Shown here: positions 47,609 to 57,256 of the stretch, one piece after another
Layout of the letters: each line of letters opens with the position of its first letter
How positions within the stretch are numbered: the first letter of the stretch is position 1
Source of the DNA: an uncultured Eubacteriales bacterium
GTDB taxonomy: Bacteria > Bacillota > Clostridia > Oscillospirales > Acutalibacteraceae
NCBI GenBank assembly: GCA_964568955.1
Contig: CAZMSM010000001.1
Coordinates: 20,662-84,661, forward strand
DNA: 64,000 nt
Reading direction: 5' to 3'
Notes under the pieces: model-generated
What the model saw: only the letters and a program-made list of their open reading frames with translations
Databases searched by the model: none
Told to the model about the DNA's origin: nothing
Program-made: the position numbers and the translations under genes

Positions 47609-49798
47609 GTGAGCGACAAAGACAGCAGAGACGACGGATATTTACAACTTAAAGAAACGTTGAGCAAAAGCTACAAAAGTGAAGAAATCGCTTTGATTGA
47701 CAAAGCATATTCATTTGCAAACGAAGCTCACGGTGGGCAGCTTCGCTATTCCGGCAAACTTTACATAAGCCACCCTGTCGCAGTTGCGCTTATTTTGGCT
47801 CAGCTGGGCATGGACGGGGCGTCGATTATTGCCGCAATATTGCACGACACGGTGGAAGACACCCACGTAACTATTGAAGAGGTAAAGAGTGCTTTTGGCG
47901 ACGAAATTGCTTCCTTGGTAGATGGCGTTACAAAACTCGGCAAAGTTCCGCTGTCAACAAAAGAAGAAGAGCAAGCGGAAAATATCCGAAAAATGCTTTT
48001 GGCGATGTCTCAAGATATCAGAGTCATTATTATTAAACTTGCGGACAGAATGCACAATATGCGTACCCTAAGTTTTATGCAACCCCAAAAAAGACGGGAC
48101 AAAGCACTTGAAACGCTTGAAATATATGCACCCATTGCGCACAGACTTGGTATCAGAAATGTTAAAGAAGAACTTGAAGATTTGGCCATCGGCTTTTTAG
48201 ACCCCATCGGTTATCACGAAATAGAACAGTCGCTTGAGGCGCAGAGTCAATCTCGCAAAGAGTTTTTAGAGGACATTAAATTACAGATAAGAGAAAGAAT
48301 TGTGGAGATTGTTCCCGGTGTTGTCATAGAGGGACGTATTAAAAGAGTTCATGGAATATATAGAAAAATGTATATTCAAAACAGAGAGTTCAATGAGATT
48401 TATGATATTTATGCTGTCAGGATAATTGTTGAAACGGAAATGGATTGTTACAATTGCCTTGGATTAATTCACGATATGTTTCACCCGATACCGGGAAGGT
48501 TTAAGGACTATATCTCCACGCCGAAACCTAATATGTATCAGTCCCTGCACACGACGGTTATCAGTAATGAGGGAATCCCGTTTGAAGTGCAAATTCGTAC
48601 CAAAGAAATGCACCGAACGGCCGAATACGGTATAGCCGCCCACTGGAAGTATAAATTGGGGTTAGGCGGCAGCGCTAAATTTGAAGAAAGATTAGCGTGG
48701 TTGATGCGGCTTATAGAAAGTCAAAAAGACTCCGAAGATGTGGAAGAAATTATACGGACAATAAAAAGTGATTTAGCCCCTGAGGAAGTCTTTGTTTTCA
48801 CACCCAAAGGGGATGTAATCAACCTTCCCTCCGGCGCAACGGTTATTGACTTTGCATATGCCATACATTCCGCCGTGGGGAACAGAATGGTCGGCGCAAA
48901 AGTTGACGGAAGAATTGTCCCGATTGACTATAAAGTTAAAAACGGGGAGATTATTGAGGTTTTAACCTCACAACAGCAAAGTAAAGGGCCAAGCAAAGAT
49001 TGGCTTAAAATTGTTAAAACAAGCGAAGCGAGAAACAAAATCAGATCGTGGTTTAAAAAAGAGAGACGAGAGGAAAACATAGTCGAGGGCAAAATTGATG
49101 TTGACAGAGAGTTTAAACGCAATTATATTCGACTTACCGATGAAGAGTATCAGGATTTTATCCAAAATATTGCGGAACGTCAGCACTGCAATACGGTGGA
49201 CGATTTTTATGCAGCGATAGGGTACGGCGGAATTTCGATCAATCGTATCATGCCACGCATAAAAGATGACTATTCGCGAATATACAAATCAACCGGTGCG
49301 CCGGAAGTTGTCATAACCCCCGAAAAGAAACAGCAAAAAAGCAGTGAAGGCGTCATTGTTGAAGGTATTGACAATTGCCTTGTTAAGTTGTCCAAATGCT
49401 GCAACCCTTTACCCGGAGATGAGATAATCGGATTTATTACCAGGGGGCATGGTGTTTCAATCCATAAGCGTGATTGCAGCAATGTGCCAAAGTCTGTCTT
49501 AACCTCCAGCGAGCCCGACAGATGGCTCAATGCTTCATGGGATAAAGATGTGCGTGAGGAGTTTAAGTCCACACTGTTGATTTCCTGCTTAAACAGAGTT
49601 GGGATGTTGGCAGATATTTCCGGACAGCTTGCGGGTATGCATGTGATGATAAATGATGTTAACACGAGACATAGCAAGGATGGAAGAAGCGCTTTTAAAA
49701 TGACAATCACCGTTAACGGCGTGGAACATATGAAAAGTGTAATCGCAAAACTAGAAAAAATTAAAGGCGTTTTAAGCGTTGAACGTGCAGGGGTATAA
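47609..49798 (+). CDS. relA: Bifunctional (p)ppGpp synthetase/hydrolase RelA/SpoT (Rel)
   Basis: HD domain (HPVAVA...LHDTVED), a synthetase domain (YRSLHT-like YQSLHTTV), and TGS and ACT domains. The GTG start lies 7 nt after GGAGGT. Confidence 0.95.
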   Translation: MSDKDSRDDGYLQLKETLSKSYKSEEIALIDKAYSFANEAHGGQLRYSGKLYISHPVAVALILAQLGMDGASIIAAILHDTVEDTHVTIEEVKSAFGDEIASLVDGVTKLGKVPLSTKEEEQAENIRKMLLAMSQDIRVIIIKLADRMHNMRTLSFMQPQKRRDKALETLEIYAPIAHRLGIRNVKEELEDLAIGFLDPIGYHEIEQSLEAQSQSRKEFLEDIKLQIRERIVEIVPGVVIEGRIKRVHGIYRKMYIQNREFNEIYDIYAVRIIVETEMDCYNCLGLIHDMFHPIPGRFKDYISTPKPNMYQSLHTTVISNEGIPFEVQIRTKEMHRTAEYGIAAHWKYKLGLGGSAKFEERLAWLMRLIESQKDSEDVEEIIRTIKSDLAPEEVFVFTPKGDVINLPSGATVIDFAYAIHSAVGNRMVGAKVDGRIVPIDYKVKNGEIIEVLTSQQQSKGPSKDWLKIVKTSEARNKIRSWFKKERREENIVEGKIDVDREFKRNYIRLTDEEYQDFIQNIAERQHCNTVDDFYAAIGYGGISINRIMPRIKDDYSRIYKSTGAPEVVITPEKKQQKSSEGVIVEGIDNCLVKLSKCCNPLPGDEIIGFITRGHGVSIHKRDCSNVPKSVLTSSEPDRWLNASWDKDVREEFKSTLLISCLNRVGMLADISGQLAGMHVMINDVNTRHSKDGRSAFKMTITVNGVEHMKSVIAKLEKIKGVLSVERAGV

Positions 49799-49819
49799 TT
49801 ATAAGGCAGGAGGAAAAAG

Positions 49820-50299
49820 ATGAAGGCCCTTGTTCAAAGAGTCCTTGGCTCTTGTGTTACGGTAGAAAACAAAATTGTGGGTGCCATTGATCATGGTTTT
49901 ACGGTTTTACTGGGTGTTCATGAGGATGATACCGAAAAGCAAGCGAAACTCCTTGCCGCTAAAATAGCAAAGCTAAGAGTGTTCAATGATGACGACGGAA
50001 AAATGAATCTATCACTCCTACAAGTGAACGGTTCTGCTTTGGTTATTTCACAATTCACGTTATGTGCGGATTTGAAAAAGGGCAACAGACCATCGTTTGC
50101 CGATGCGGCACAAGCGGATAAAGCGATGGCCTTGTACAAGCTGTTTATTTGTGAACTCAAAGAGCAAGGCGTTATTGATGTTCAAGAAGGTGTTTTTGCC
50201 GCGGACATGAGAGTTAATATAATCAATGACGGACCGGTTACCATTTTATTAGACACAGACATTTGGCAGAAAAATGAATTCGATAAAAACCCGGTGTAA
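49820..50299 (+). CDS. dtd: D-aminoacyl-tRNA deacylase
   Basis: MKALVQRV, SQFTL, GNRPSF and NDGPVT motifs. It follows relA, as in Bacillus. Confidence 0.93.
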   Translation: MKALVQRVLGSCVTVENKIVGAIDHGFTVLLGVHEDDTEKQAKLLAAKIAKLRVFNDDDGKMNLSLLQVNGSALVISQFTLCADLKKGNRPSFADAAQADKAMALYKLFICELKEQGVIDVQEGVFAADMRVNIINDGPVTILLDTDIWQKNEFDKNPV

Positions 50300-50311
50300 A
50301 GGAGATTCAAT

Positions 50312-50950
50312 ATGCTGATTAAAACAATACAACTTGGCCCAAACGAAGCTAATTGTTATATTATCATGGATAAAAAAAGCGGGAGCGCTGCTGTGGTTGA
50401 CCCGGGCGGTTCCGAAAGTCGTTTAACAGCACAACTCAAAGAGCTTGCAATTAAAAAGTTGGACATCATTTTGCTCACTCATGGTCATTATGACCACTTG
50501 CTTGGAACGTATGATTTAAAGCAAACTTCGGGGGCTAAAATTGCGATACATAAAAATGATGCATTGTGCCTTGAAGACGACAAAAAAAGTTTGGCTTTTC
50601 ATATGGGGGACAACTTTCAAAAGTATGTAAAAGCAGATATAAGCTTTGAGGACGGCATGAGTTTTACTGTTGGTGAAATGCTGTTGACTGTCATGCATAC
50701 ACCGGGGCACACGCTTGGCAGTGTTTGCTTTATCTGCGAAAAACACAAAGTGATTTTTTCAGGCGATACGTTATTTAAATATAATGTTGGCAGAACGGAC
50801 CTTCCCGGTGGCAGTATGACGCAGCTGATGACTTCTATAAACAAGCTTTCGTCGCTAAAAGGCAATTATACCATCTATCCCGGGCACGGCCCGTCAACTA
50901 CCTTGGATGAAGAACGAAAAAACAACCCATACATGAGGGGAATAGGATGA
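50312..50950 (+). CDS. MBL-fold metallo-hydrolase (glyoxalase II-like)
   Basis: HxHxDH motif (THGHYDH), HTPGHT, and GDTLF...GRTD. Confidence 0.85.
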   Translation: MLIKTIQLGPNEANCYIIMDKKSGSAAVVDPGGSESRLTAQLKELAIKKLDIILLTHGHYDHLLGTYDLKQTSGAKIAIHKNDALCLEDDKKSLAFHMGDNFQKYVKADISFEDGMSFTVGEMLLTVMHTPGHTLGSVCFICEKHKVIFSGDTLFKYNVGRTDLPGGSMTQLMTSINKLSSLKGNYTIYPGHGPSTTLDEERKNNPYMRGIG

Positions 50951-52422
50951 CTTTGCGTGTATTGGGACATACGTTTCATTATGAAATGGAAAACATATGC
51001 CGTGTTTTTTTCCCGCAAGAAAAGATTAATGTCGTTTATTTTGAAGATGGGCAATCCGATGAGAAAATCGCAAATACGGTGATGGAAAGAACGGGTGACA
51101 GTGTTACTATATCCGTAAGGATTGATATCAAATCGGAATCGGTAACCCGAACAAGCATAATTAAAGATACAGACAAGGTCGATATGCCCGAGTATGAAAG
51201 ACAGATGGCTTTGGCGCTTTATACTGCCTTGGCAAAAATTACCGGCTATACCCCCGGTTGGGGAATCCTTACAGGTGTTCGCCCAACTAAGTTAATGACT
51301 GCGCAGATTAAACAGCAAGGTGAAACAAAAGCAATCGATTATTTTAAAGAAAAGCTGCTTGTTTGCAACGAAAAGACCGAACTCGCTTTGTCGGTTGCCA
51401 AGAATGAAGAGAAAATTATCGAAAGAGCAAGAAAAGATTCCTTTAGCTTATATATCGCCATTCCTTTTTGCCCTTCACGTTGCAGTTATTGCTCTTTTGT
51501 CTCACACTCGATAACCGGGCAGAAGGCTCAACATTTAATTGCCGGATATGTCGTCAATCTTTGCAAAGAAATTGCGTCTATTGGAGAAACGGCTGATCGG
51601 TTAGGCCTCAAACCACAGACCGTATATTTCGGGGGAGGCACACCTACCATCCTTGACGAAACGGATTTGGAGACTCTTCTAGAACAAGTAAAGAGAAGCT
51701 TCAATCTTTCGGATGTCGAGGAATACACGATTGAAGCCGGCCGACCGGATACAATTTCTGTGCAAAAACTGAATCTAATGAAAAGATACGGTGTCTCTCG
51801 AATCAGTATAAACCCGCAGAGCTTTAATGATACTGTGCTCGAAACGGTACAAAGAAAGCACACATCAGCGTGCACGATTGACGCTTTTGAACTTACAAAA
51901 GATGTTGGGTTTCATTCAATAAATATGGATCTGATAGCCGGGTTACCGGGAGAGACACATGACAGTTTTATCAACTCTTTAAATATTGCGGTGGGGCTCG
52001 GGCCTGAAAATATTACAATTCATACCTTGTCACTAAAGCGTTCTTCTTCACTATCTTTGCAAGAAAACATATCTTTTGATGGCAAGGCAGTATCTGTAAT
52101 GCTTCGTGATGCGAAAATTAAGCTTGAAAGCAACCATTACGTACCCTACTATATGTACAGGCAAAGCCTTTCTCCCGGAAACAACGAGAATACCGGCTGG
52201 TGCGAAGAGGGTTATGAAAGCTTATATAATATTTTTATGATGGAAGAGTGCCAAACCGTGCTGGCCGCCGGAGCCGGGGCGGTAACTAAACTGAAAGAAC
52301 CGGGCGGTAACCACATTGAACGAATTTTCAACTTCAAATACCCTTATGAGTATAACAATCGGTTTGAAGAAATAATTGCACGAAAATCAAGAATTGTCCA
52401 ATTTTATAATAAGTTTGGGTGA
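50947..52422 (+). CDS. Radical SAM protein of the HemN/HemZ (oxygen-independent coproporphyrinogen oxidase-like) family
   Basis: CxxxCxxC motif (CPSRCSYCSF), YFGGGTP, and a HemN-like C-terminus. The N-terminal extension is typical of HemZ-type proteins. Confidence 0.8.
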   Translation: MTLRVLGHTFHYEMENICRVFFPQEKINVVYFEDGQSDEKIANTVMERTGDSVTISVRIDIKSESVTRTSIIKDTDKVDMPEYERQMALALYTALAKITGYTPGWGILTGVRPTKLMTAQIKQQGETKAIDYFKEKLLVCNEKTELALSVAKNEEKIIERARKDSFSLYIAIPFCPSRCSYCSFVSHSITGQKAQHLIAGYVVNLCKEIASIGETADRLGLKPQTVYFGGGTPTILDETDLETLLEQVKRSFNLSDVEEYTIEAGRPDTISVQKLNLMKRYGVSRISINPQSFNDTVLETVQRKHTSACTIDAFELTKDVGFHSINMDLIAGLPGETHDSFINSLNIAVGLGPENITIHTLSLKRSSSLSLQENISFDGKAVSVMLRDAKIKLESNHYVPYYMYRQSLSPGNNENTGWCEEGYESLYNIFMMEECQTVLAAGAGAVTKLKEPGGNHIERIFNFKYPYEYNNRFEEIIARKSRIVQFYNKFG

Positions 52423-52481
52423 ACGAACGAAGATGCAATTGCTTTTAAATATTCTTCAAAAGAAGAAGGTTCCGGATTTAA

Positions 52482-52511
52482 TTGCCACTGGCGTGGGGAC
52501 TGTGCTATAAT
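52482..52511 (+). promoter_or_regulatory. Putative sigma-A promoter (extended -10)
   Basis: TTGCCA (52482-52487), an 18-nt spacer, then TGcTATAAT (hexamer at 52506-52511). It lies 50 nt upstream of the ATG at 52561. Confidence 0.5.
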
Positions 52512-52560
52512 CTAAAAATCAAGTACAAAAATATTTGTGAAATTAAAAGGAGAAAGTCAA

Positions 52561-52860
52561 ATGAGCTTTTTTGATGATGCGGTGTCCGCCGCTAAAACTG
52601 TTGGGAAAAGTGTTGGCAAAAGAACAGAAGAAATTATTATTATCTCAAAGAAAAAACTTGATGCTATCGAACTTGAAAATAAGTTGTCAAGGCTTTACGA
52701 AAAATTGGGAAAAATTTATTACTTGGATTTTGAGGGGACTGCTGATGATTTGGCAGAGGAACCCGATGATTGTACCGATGTTGTGGCTGAAATTAATCAG
52801 GCAACGGCAAGCCTTAATGAATTAAGGGTAGAAATCGAAAATCTGTCAAAAAGCAAATAG
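52561..52860 (+). CDS. Hypothetical small coiled-coil protein (99 aa)
   Basis: The ATG follows AAAGGAGAAAG. The sequence is helical and charged (MSFFDDAVSAAKTVGKSVGK...). I recognise no family. Confidence 0.5.
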   Translation: MSFFDDAVSAAKTVGKSVGKRTEEIIIISKKKLDAIELENKLSRLYEKLGKIYYLDFEGTADDLAEEPDDCTDVVAEINQATASLNELRVEIENLSKSK

Positions 52861-52892
52861 TCCAAACGAATATAAAACAGGGATGTGTCTTA

Positions 52893-54716
52893 TTGGCTCA
52901 ACAAAAGAAACAGTCTGTGCTTAGAGGCGCGTTGGTTTTGTCAATGGCGGTTGTAGTTATTACAATAATCGGTGCCATTTACAAAATGCCTTTGACATCG
53001 TTGATAGGTGGGGTTGGCAGAGGCTACTACAACTCCGCTTATGAAATATTTACGCCCATTTATGCTATATCAATGGCAGGTTTGCCAATTGCCGTGGCAA
53101 GGATGGTTTCGGAAAACGTTGCTCTGAGACGTTACAGCGAAGCTCGAATGGTTCTAAAAACGGCGTTGCGGATGTTTTTTGTTATCGGAATTGCAGGCAC
53201 AATTTTACTTCTCATCATTTCAATTCCATATACAAAATACGTGGCCGGCCCAAGGAATTTGCCGGCAGTTCTTGCCATCGCTCCATCACTGTTCTTCTGC
53301 TGCATCATGTCCGCTTACAGGGGGTATTACGAAGGGCTTCAAAATATGAAGCCGACGGCAATTTCTCAAATTTTTGAAGCGGTTGCAAAACTCCTGGTCG
53401 GCTTGGGCGGAGCATACGCTATAGTTGCTATGGGTCTTAATCAGTTTAATGTGGGGCTCATAAACGCTTCACAAGCGGCCCCGGGCAGCTTACCCGGTAA
53501 AATTATTGTGTTTGGGGAACCTGTAACTAACTTAGCTGAAGCTTACAGCGCAATTTACCCTATTGCCGCCGCCGGCGCAATCATAGGTGTAACATTTGGT
53601 ACCATAGTCGGGACACTGTACTTAATGCTTCAGCACAAAGTCAAAGGGGATGGCTTTACTCCGGAAAATATTTTGAATTCGCCCCCCTCTGCGTCTAAAA
53701 CAAGCATTGCCAAACGACTGGCAAGAATTGCCTTGCCTATCCTTACAGGGGCATTGGTTTTTAGTGTAACGAATATGATTGATACCGTTACAATTCAGCG
53801 TCGCGTTGCCCATGCCATCAGCGTAAACCCGGAGATTATTAAGTCGATGTATGACGCATCACTTACAGCGGCCAACACGCTTGACAGCGACCTGGTCAAA
53901 TATTTATGGGGAGTTTACGGCGCATCCTCTGATTTTAAGAATCTTATCCCTATGTTTTTAGTTTCACTGGGTGTAAGTGCCTTGCCTGCTTTATCTGCCG
54001 CATGGGCAATTAAGGACAATAGGGTTATTAAAAAAACAATTGAGTCTGTTTTAAGGATTACGATGCTCGTCGCTTTACCGGCCGGTATCGGTATTGGGGT
54101 CCTGGCAAAACCAATCCTCACCTTGATATACGGTTGGGGAGACAGTGCGGATATTATCCCTATTGCGGCACCTTTGGTTGCCACTTACGGCTTCGCATCG
54201 GCCATTATTTCGGTTTCTACACCGGTTACCAATATGCTTCAAGCTATAGGCAGAGCAGATATTCCTTTAAAAGCACTTATTGCAGGGGCATCTGCAAAAA
54301 TTGTCAGTAATTATATTTTAGTCGGGACACCCAAATATAATATAAAAGGTGCTCCTTTTGGTTCGGTGTTGTGCTATGTCATTATAGTGATTGTAAATTT
54401 ATATTACCTTCAAAAAATTTCGAAAGTCAAGCCTAATTTTGTATCCGTCTATTTAAAACCACTTGTTTCATCTATCCTTTGCGGGCTTACCGCATGGTTT
54501 GCCTATTCATCGGTTGGTCAATTATTAGCTTCAAGCGGTGGCACACTCTCTATAAAAAACGTGGCAATAGCGACTGTTGTTGCCATCGTATCAGCCATAG
54601 TTGTGTATGTTATCAGCATCTTTTTAATAAAAGGGATTGTCAAAGAAGATATCATTGCTTTGCCTAAAGGAGAAAAAATTGCGAAAACGCTTGAAAAATA
54701 TAGGTTATTGAGGTAG
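52893..54716 (+). CDS. MOP-superfamily (MurJ/Wzx/SpoVB/YabM-like) polysaccharide or lipid-II flippase
   Basis: A polytopic protein of about 14 TM segments whose N-terminus (LRGALVLSMAVVVITIIGAIYKMPLT) is typical of the family. It occupies the position of B. subtilis yabM, upstream of mazG. Confidence 0.8.
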   Translation: MAQQKKQSVLRGALVLSMAVVVITIIGAIYKMPLTSLIGGVGRGYYNSAYEIFTPIYAISMAGLPIAVARMVSENVALRRYSEARMVLKTALRMFFVIGIAGTILLLIISIPYTKYVAGPRNLPAVLAIAPSLFFCCIMSAYRGYYEGLQNMKPTAISQIFEAVAKLLVGLGGAYAIVAMGLNQFNVGLINASQAAPGSLPGKIIVFGEPVTNLAEAYSAIYPIAAAGAIIGVTFGTIVGTLYLMLQHKVKGDGFTPENILNSPPSASKTSIAKRLARIALPILTGALVFSVTNMIDTVTIQRRVAHAISVNPEIIKSMYDASLTAANTLDSDLVKYLWGVYGASSDFKNLIPMFLVSLGVSALPALSAAWAIKDNRVIKKTIESVLRITMLVALPAGIGIGVLAKPILTLIYGWGDSADIIPIAAPLVATYGFASAIISVSTPVTNMLQAIGRADIPLKALIAGASAKIVSNYILVGTPKYNIKGAPFGSVLCYVIIVIVNLYYLQKISKVKPNFVSVYLKPLVSSILCGLTAWFAYSSVGQLLASSGGTLSIKNVAIATVVAIVSAIVVYVISIFLIKGIVKEDIIALPKGEKIAKTLEKYRLLR

Positions 54717-54755
54717 AATACTTATAAAGTTGAATTTTAAATGTTGGAGATAACA

Positions 54756-55559
54756 ATGACGAACAAGTTTGAGATTAAAGATCACTACAAATTTTATGAT
54801 CTTGTAGACATAATTAACCTATTGAGAGCGCCCGGCGGATGCCCTTGGGATGCAGAACAAACACACGAAAGTATTAAAAAAAACCTAATTGAGGAAACTT
54901 ATGAGGTCATTGAAGCGATCAATAAAGCAAACAAAGAGATGCTTTGTGAAGAACTCGGGGATTTGCTCATGCAGGTTGTTTTTCACGCTCAAATGGAAAC
55001 GGAAAATCGGAGTTTTAACGTGGATGACGTTGCTGATGGAGTTTGTAAAAAGCTTATAGAAAGACATCCGCATATATTTGGCGACACCAATGTCAGTGGA
55101 GTTACAGAAGTGTTGACCAATTGGGAAGCGATTAAAAGAAAAACAAAAGGGCACAGTACGATAGGCGAAGCGATATTGTCGGTTCCGAAAGAGTTGCCGG
55201 CATTAATGCGAAGCTCGAAAATTCAAAAAAAAGCAGCTGATTGCGGCTTTGATTGGCCGGACATAGACGGTGCTATACAAAAATTAGACGAAGAAGTTGT
55301 CGAGCTAAAAAATGCGATTACAAGTAAAGATTTAGAAAACGCCCGAGAGGAGCTTGGAGATGTGCTCTTTTCCGTTGTAAATATATCCCGCTTTTTACGC
55401 TTTGATCCGGAAGAAGCACTGACCGAAGCTGCCGACAAGTTTGTGAAACGTTTCATCGTTGTTGAGGAACTTGCAGGCAAAGAAGGAATAGATATGAATA
55501 CCGCGGGGCTTGAAAAATTAAATTTGCTCTGGGATATTGCTAAATCGAGAAAAGAATGA
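54756..55559 (+). CDS. mazG: Nucleoside triphosphate pyrophosphohydrolase MazG (tandem MazG domains)
   Basis: The EExYExxEAI and EELGDxL motifs each occur twice. The ATG at 54756 lies 7 nt after GGAG. Confidence 0.9.
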   Translation: MTNKFEIKDHYKFYDLVDIINLLRAPGGCPWDAEQTHESIKKNLIEETYEVIEAINKANKEMLCEELGDLLMQVVFHAQMETENRSFNVDDVADGVCKKLIERHPHIFGDTNVSGVTEVLTNWEAIKRKTKGHSTIGEAILSVPKELPALMRSSKIQKKAADCGFDWPDIDGAIQKLDEEVVELKNAITSKDLENAREELGDVLFSVVNISRFLRFDPEEALTEAADKFVKRFIVVEELAGKEGIDMNTAGLEKLNLLWDIAKSRKE

Positions 55560-55605
55560 TATACTCTTTGCAGTATTTCATAATAAATTAAACGGAGGAA
55601 AAAGA

Positions 55606-55884
55606 ATGAATAAGGCAGAACTCATCGCTGCGGTAGAAGCAAAAGGCGTAGACAAGAAAGAATCAGCAAAAGCGGTTGCAGCAGTTTTCGAATGCATTAC
55701 CGAAGCCCTCTCACAGAAAACCCCGGAAAAGGTCCAGATTATCGGATTCGGTACTTTTGAAGTACGCGATCGCGCAGCAAAACAAGGACGCAATCCAAAG
55801 ACAGGCGAAACAATTCAAATCGCTGCTTCCAAATCACCGGCATTTAAGGCCGGCAAAGCGTTAAAAGACAGTGTAAACAAGTAA
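55606..55884 (+). CDS. hup: Nucleoid-associated DNA-binding protein HU
   Basis: [10 protein letters not shown]... and [26 protein letters not shown] (arm region). Length is 92 aa. Confidence 0.95.
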   Translation: MNKAELIAAVEAKGVDKKESAKAVAAVFECITEALSQKTPEKVQIIGFGTFEVRDRAAKQGRNPKTGETIQIAASKSPAFKAGKALKDSVNK

Positions 55885-55921
55885 AAAAATGGCAAAGGCG
55901 AAGCCCGGTTGCCGATAATTA

Positions 55922-55954
55922 TTATCAGGGGCACAATAATTGTGCCCCTGATAA
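55922..55954 (+). other. 14-bp perfect hairpin after hup with no U-tract (possible mRNA-stabilising or processing structure, or a weak terminator)
   Basis: TTATCAGGGGCACA, loop ATAAT, then TGTGCCCCTGATAA. The 3' arm ends 6 nt before the GGAG of the next gene. Confidence 0.4.
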
Positions 55955-55972
55955 CGTATGGAGTCTTATTTT

Positions 55973-56212
55973 ATGAGATTGGATAAATATCTAAAAGTTA
56001 GCAGAATAATAAAGCGCAGAACGATTGCAAACGAAGTGTGTGACGCGAAGCATGTGTCGGTCAACGGCAAAAAGGCCAGGGCGTCCTATGAAGTAAAAAT
56101 TAATGATGTGATTGAAGTGACGATGGGGTCAAACAATCTCAGAGTTCGGGTGCTAAGCTTAAATGAAACTGCTGATAAAAATAAAGCTTTAACAATGTAC
56201 GAAGCATTATAA
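55973..56212 (+). CDS. yabO: S4-domain RNA-binding protein (YabO-like)
   Basis: MRLDKYLKVSRIIKRRT S4 motif, about 80 aa, in a position conserved with B. subtilis yabO. Confidence 0.85.
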   Translation: MRLDKYLKVSRIIKRRTIANEVCDAKHVSVNGKKARASYEVKINDVIEVTMGSNNLRVRVLSLNETADKNKALTMYEAL

Positions 56213-56383
56213 GTCTATTTTCGCACAATATCCGATTTTGTTTGGAAATTATTATAATAATGATGCAAAAATGCATAAATCTTTAAGAATATTAAAATAT
56301 TACTTGATAATTTACTTTGGTATGATGTATACTTACTAAGGGATTGTGGTAATTGCTTTTTATTTTTACAGAGGTAATCATCA

Positions 56384-56686
56384 ATGGATGCAAAGAAAAC
56401 ACGAACAAGAACACACAGTTATATTTTATCAGTGGCGCTGTTGATGGCAGTGTCGTGGTTTTTGTTTTCGTGGGTAAATTTACAAGGCAAAATTCAACAA
56501 CAAAAACAAACGATTGCTGTTGTTGTTGAAAAACGCGAAGAACTTGTTTTCGAAAATGCCGAGAAAAATAGAATTCTTGCGTCTGAAAACAGTTCCGAAT
56601 ATCTTGAGCGCAAGGCACGTGTAGAAAATGGACTGGTTTTGCCCGGTGAGAGAGTATACTACGATGCTACCCCGGGAAGTAATTAA
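56384..56686 (+). CDS. divIC: Septum formation initiator (DivIC/FtsB family)
   Basis: Short basic N-terminus, a single TM segment (ILSVALLMAVSWFLF), a coiled coil, and the C-terminal motif LGLVLPGE-like (NGLVLPGERVY). A putative promoter TTGATA-N18-TGTATACT lies at about 56303-56333. Confidence 0.7.
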   Translation: MDAKKTRTRTHSYILSVALLMAVSWFLFSWVNLQGKIQQQKQTIAVVVEKREELVFENAEKNRILASENSSEYLERKARVENGLVLPGERVYYDATPGSN

Positions 56687-56695
56687 GGAGGCTAA

Positions 56696-57163
56696 TTGGT
56701 TTTTATGCAGGTTGAGGTTGGAGCAGTATTAGAAGGTAAAGTTACAGGATTAACAAACTTTGGCGCTTTTGTTGAACTAGAGGGTGGAGTAACCGGCATG
56801 GTTCATATATCTGAAGTTGCCGGGTCATATGTTAATGACATTAAAGATCACCTTGCGATGAATCAAGCCGTCAAGGTCAAGGTTTTGACCGTTAATGATG
56901 ACGGGAAAATTAGTTTGTCCATCAAAAGGGCAATTGAGCCCGATCAGCAAGCACGCCCGCAAAGAACAAAAAGTGCTTCGACAAAAAGACCCAGCGGAAG
57001 CGTTTGGCAGGGGCCAAAATCAACCGCACTGAACGAGTCAGCATCCTTTGAAGATATGATATCAAAGTTCAAACAAGTCAGCGAAGAAAAAATGACAGAT
57101 ATTAAGCATTCAAACGAAGCTAAGCACGGCGGTGGGTATTCACGAAGAGGCGGAAAACGATAA
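56696..57163 (+). CDS. yabR: S1-domain RNA-binding protein (YabR-like)
   Basis: S1 motif GKVTGLTNFGAFVEL..G.TGMVHISEV and a basic C-terminal tail. The start is either the TTG at 56696 or the ATG at 56705, both after AAGGAGG. Confidence 0.85.
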   Translation: MVFMQVEVGAVLEGKVTGLTNFGAFVELEGGVTGMVHISEVAGSYVNDIKDHLAMNQAVKVKVLTVNDDGKISLSIKRAIEPDQQARPQRTKSASTKRPSGSVWQGPKSTALNESASFEDMISKFKQVSEEKMTDIKHSNEAKHGGGYSRRGGKR

Positions 57164-57199
57164 AACGAAGGTTCTGTTTTTAAACTTGAACTTAAACGT

Positions 57200-57231
57200 A
57201 TAGGAACGGACTTTTGTCCGTTCCTATTTTT
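57200..57231 (+). terminator. Intrinsic terminator after yabR
   Basis: ATAGGAACGGAC, loop TTTT, then GTCCGTTCCTAT (12 bp perfect stem), followed by TTTT. Confidence 0.8.
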
Positions 57232-57256
57232 GAAAAGTCTAAAATAAGGAGACAAT

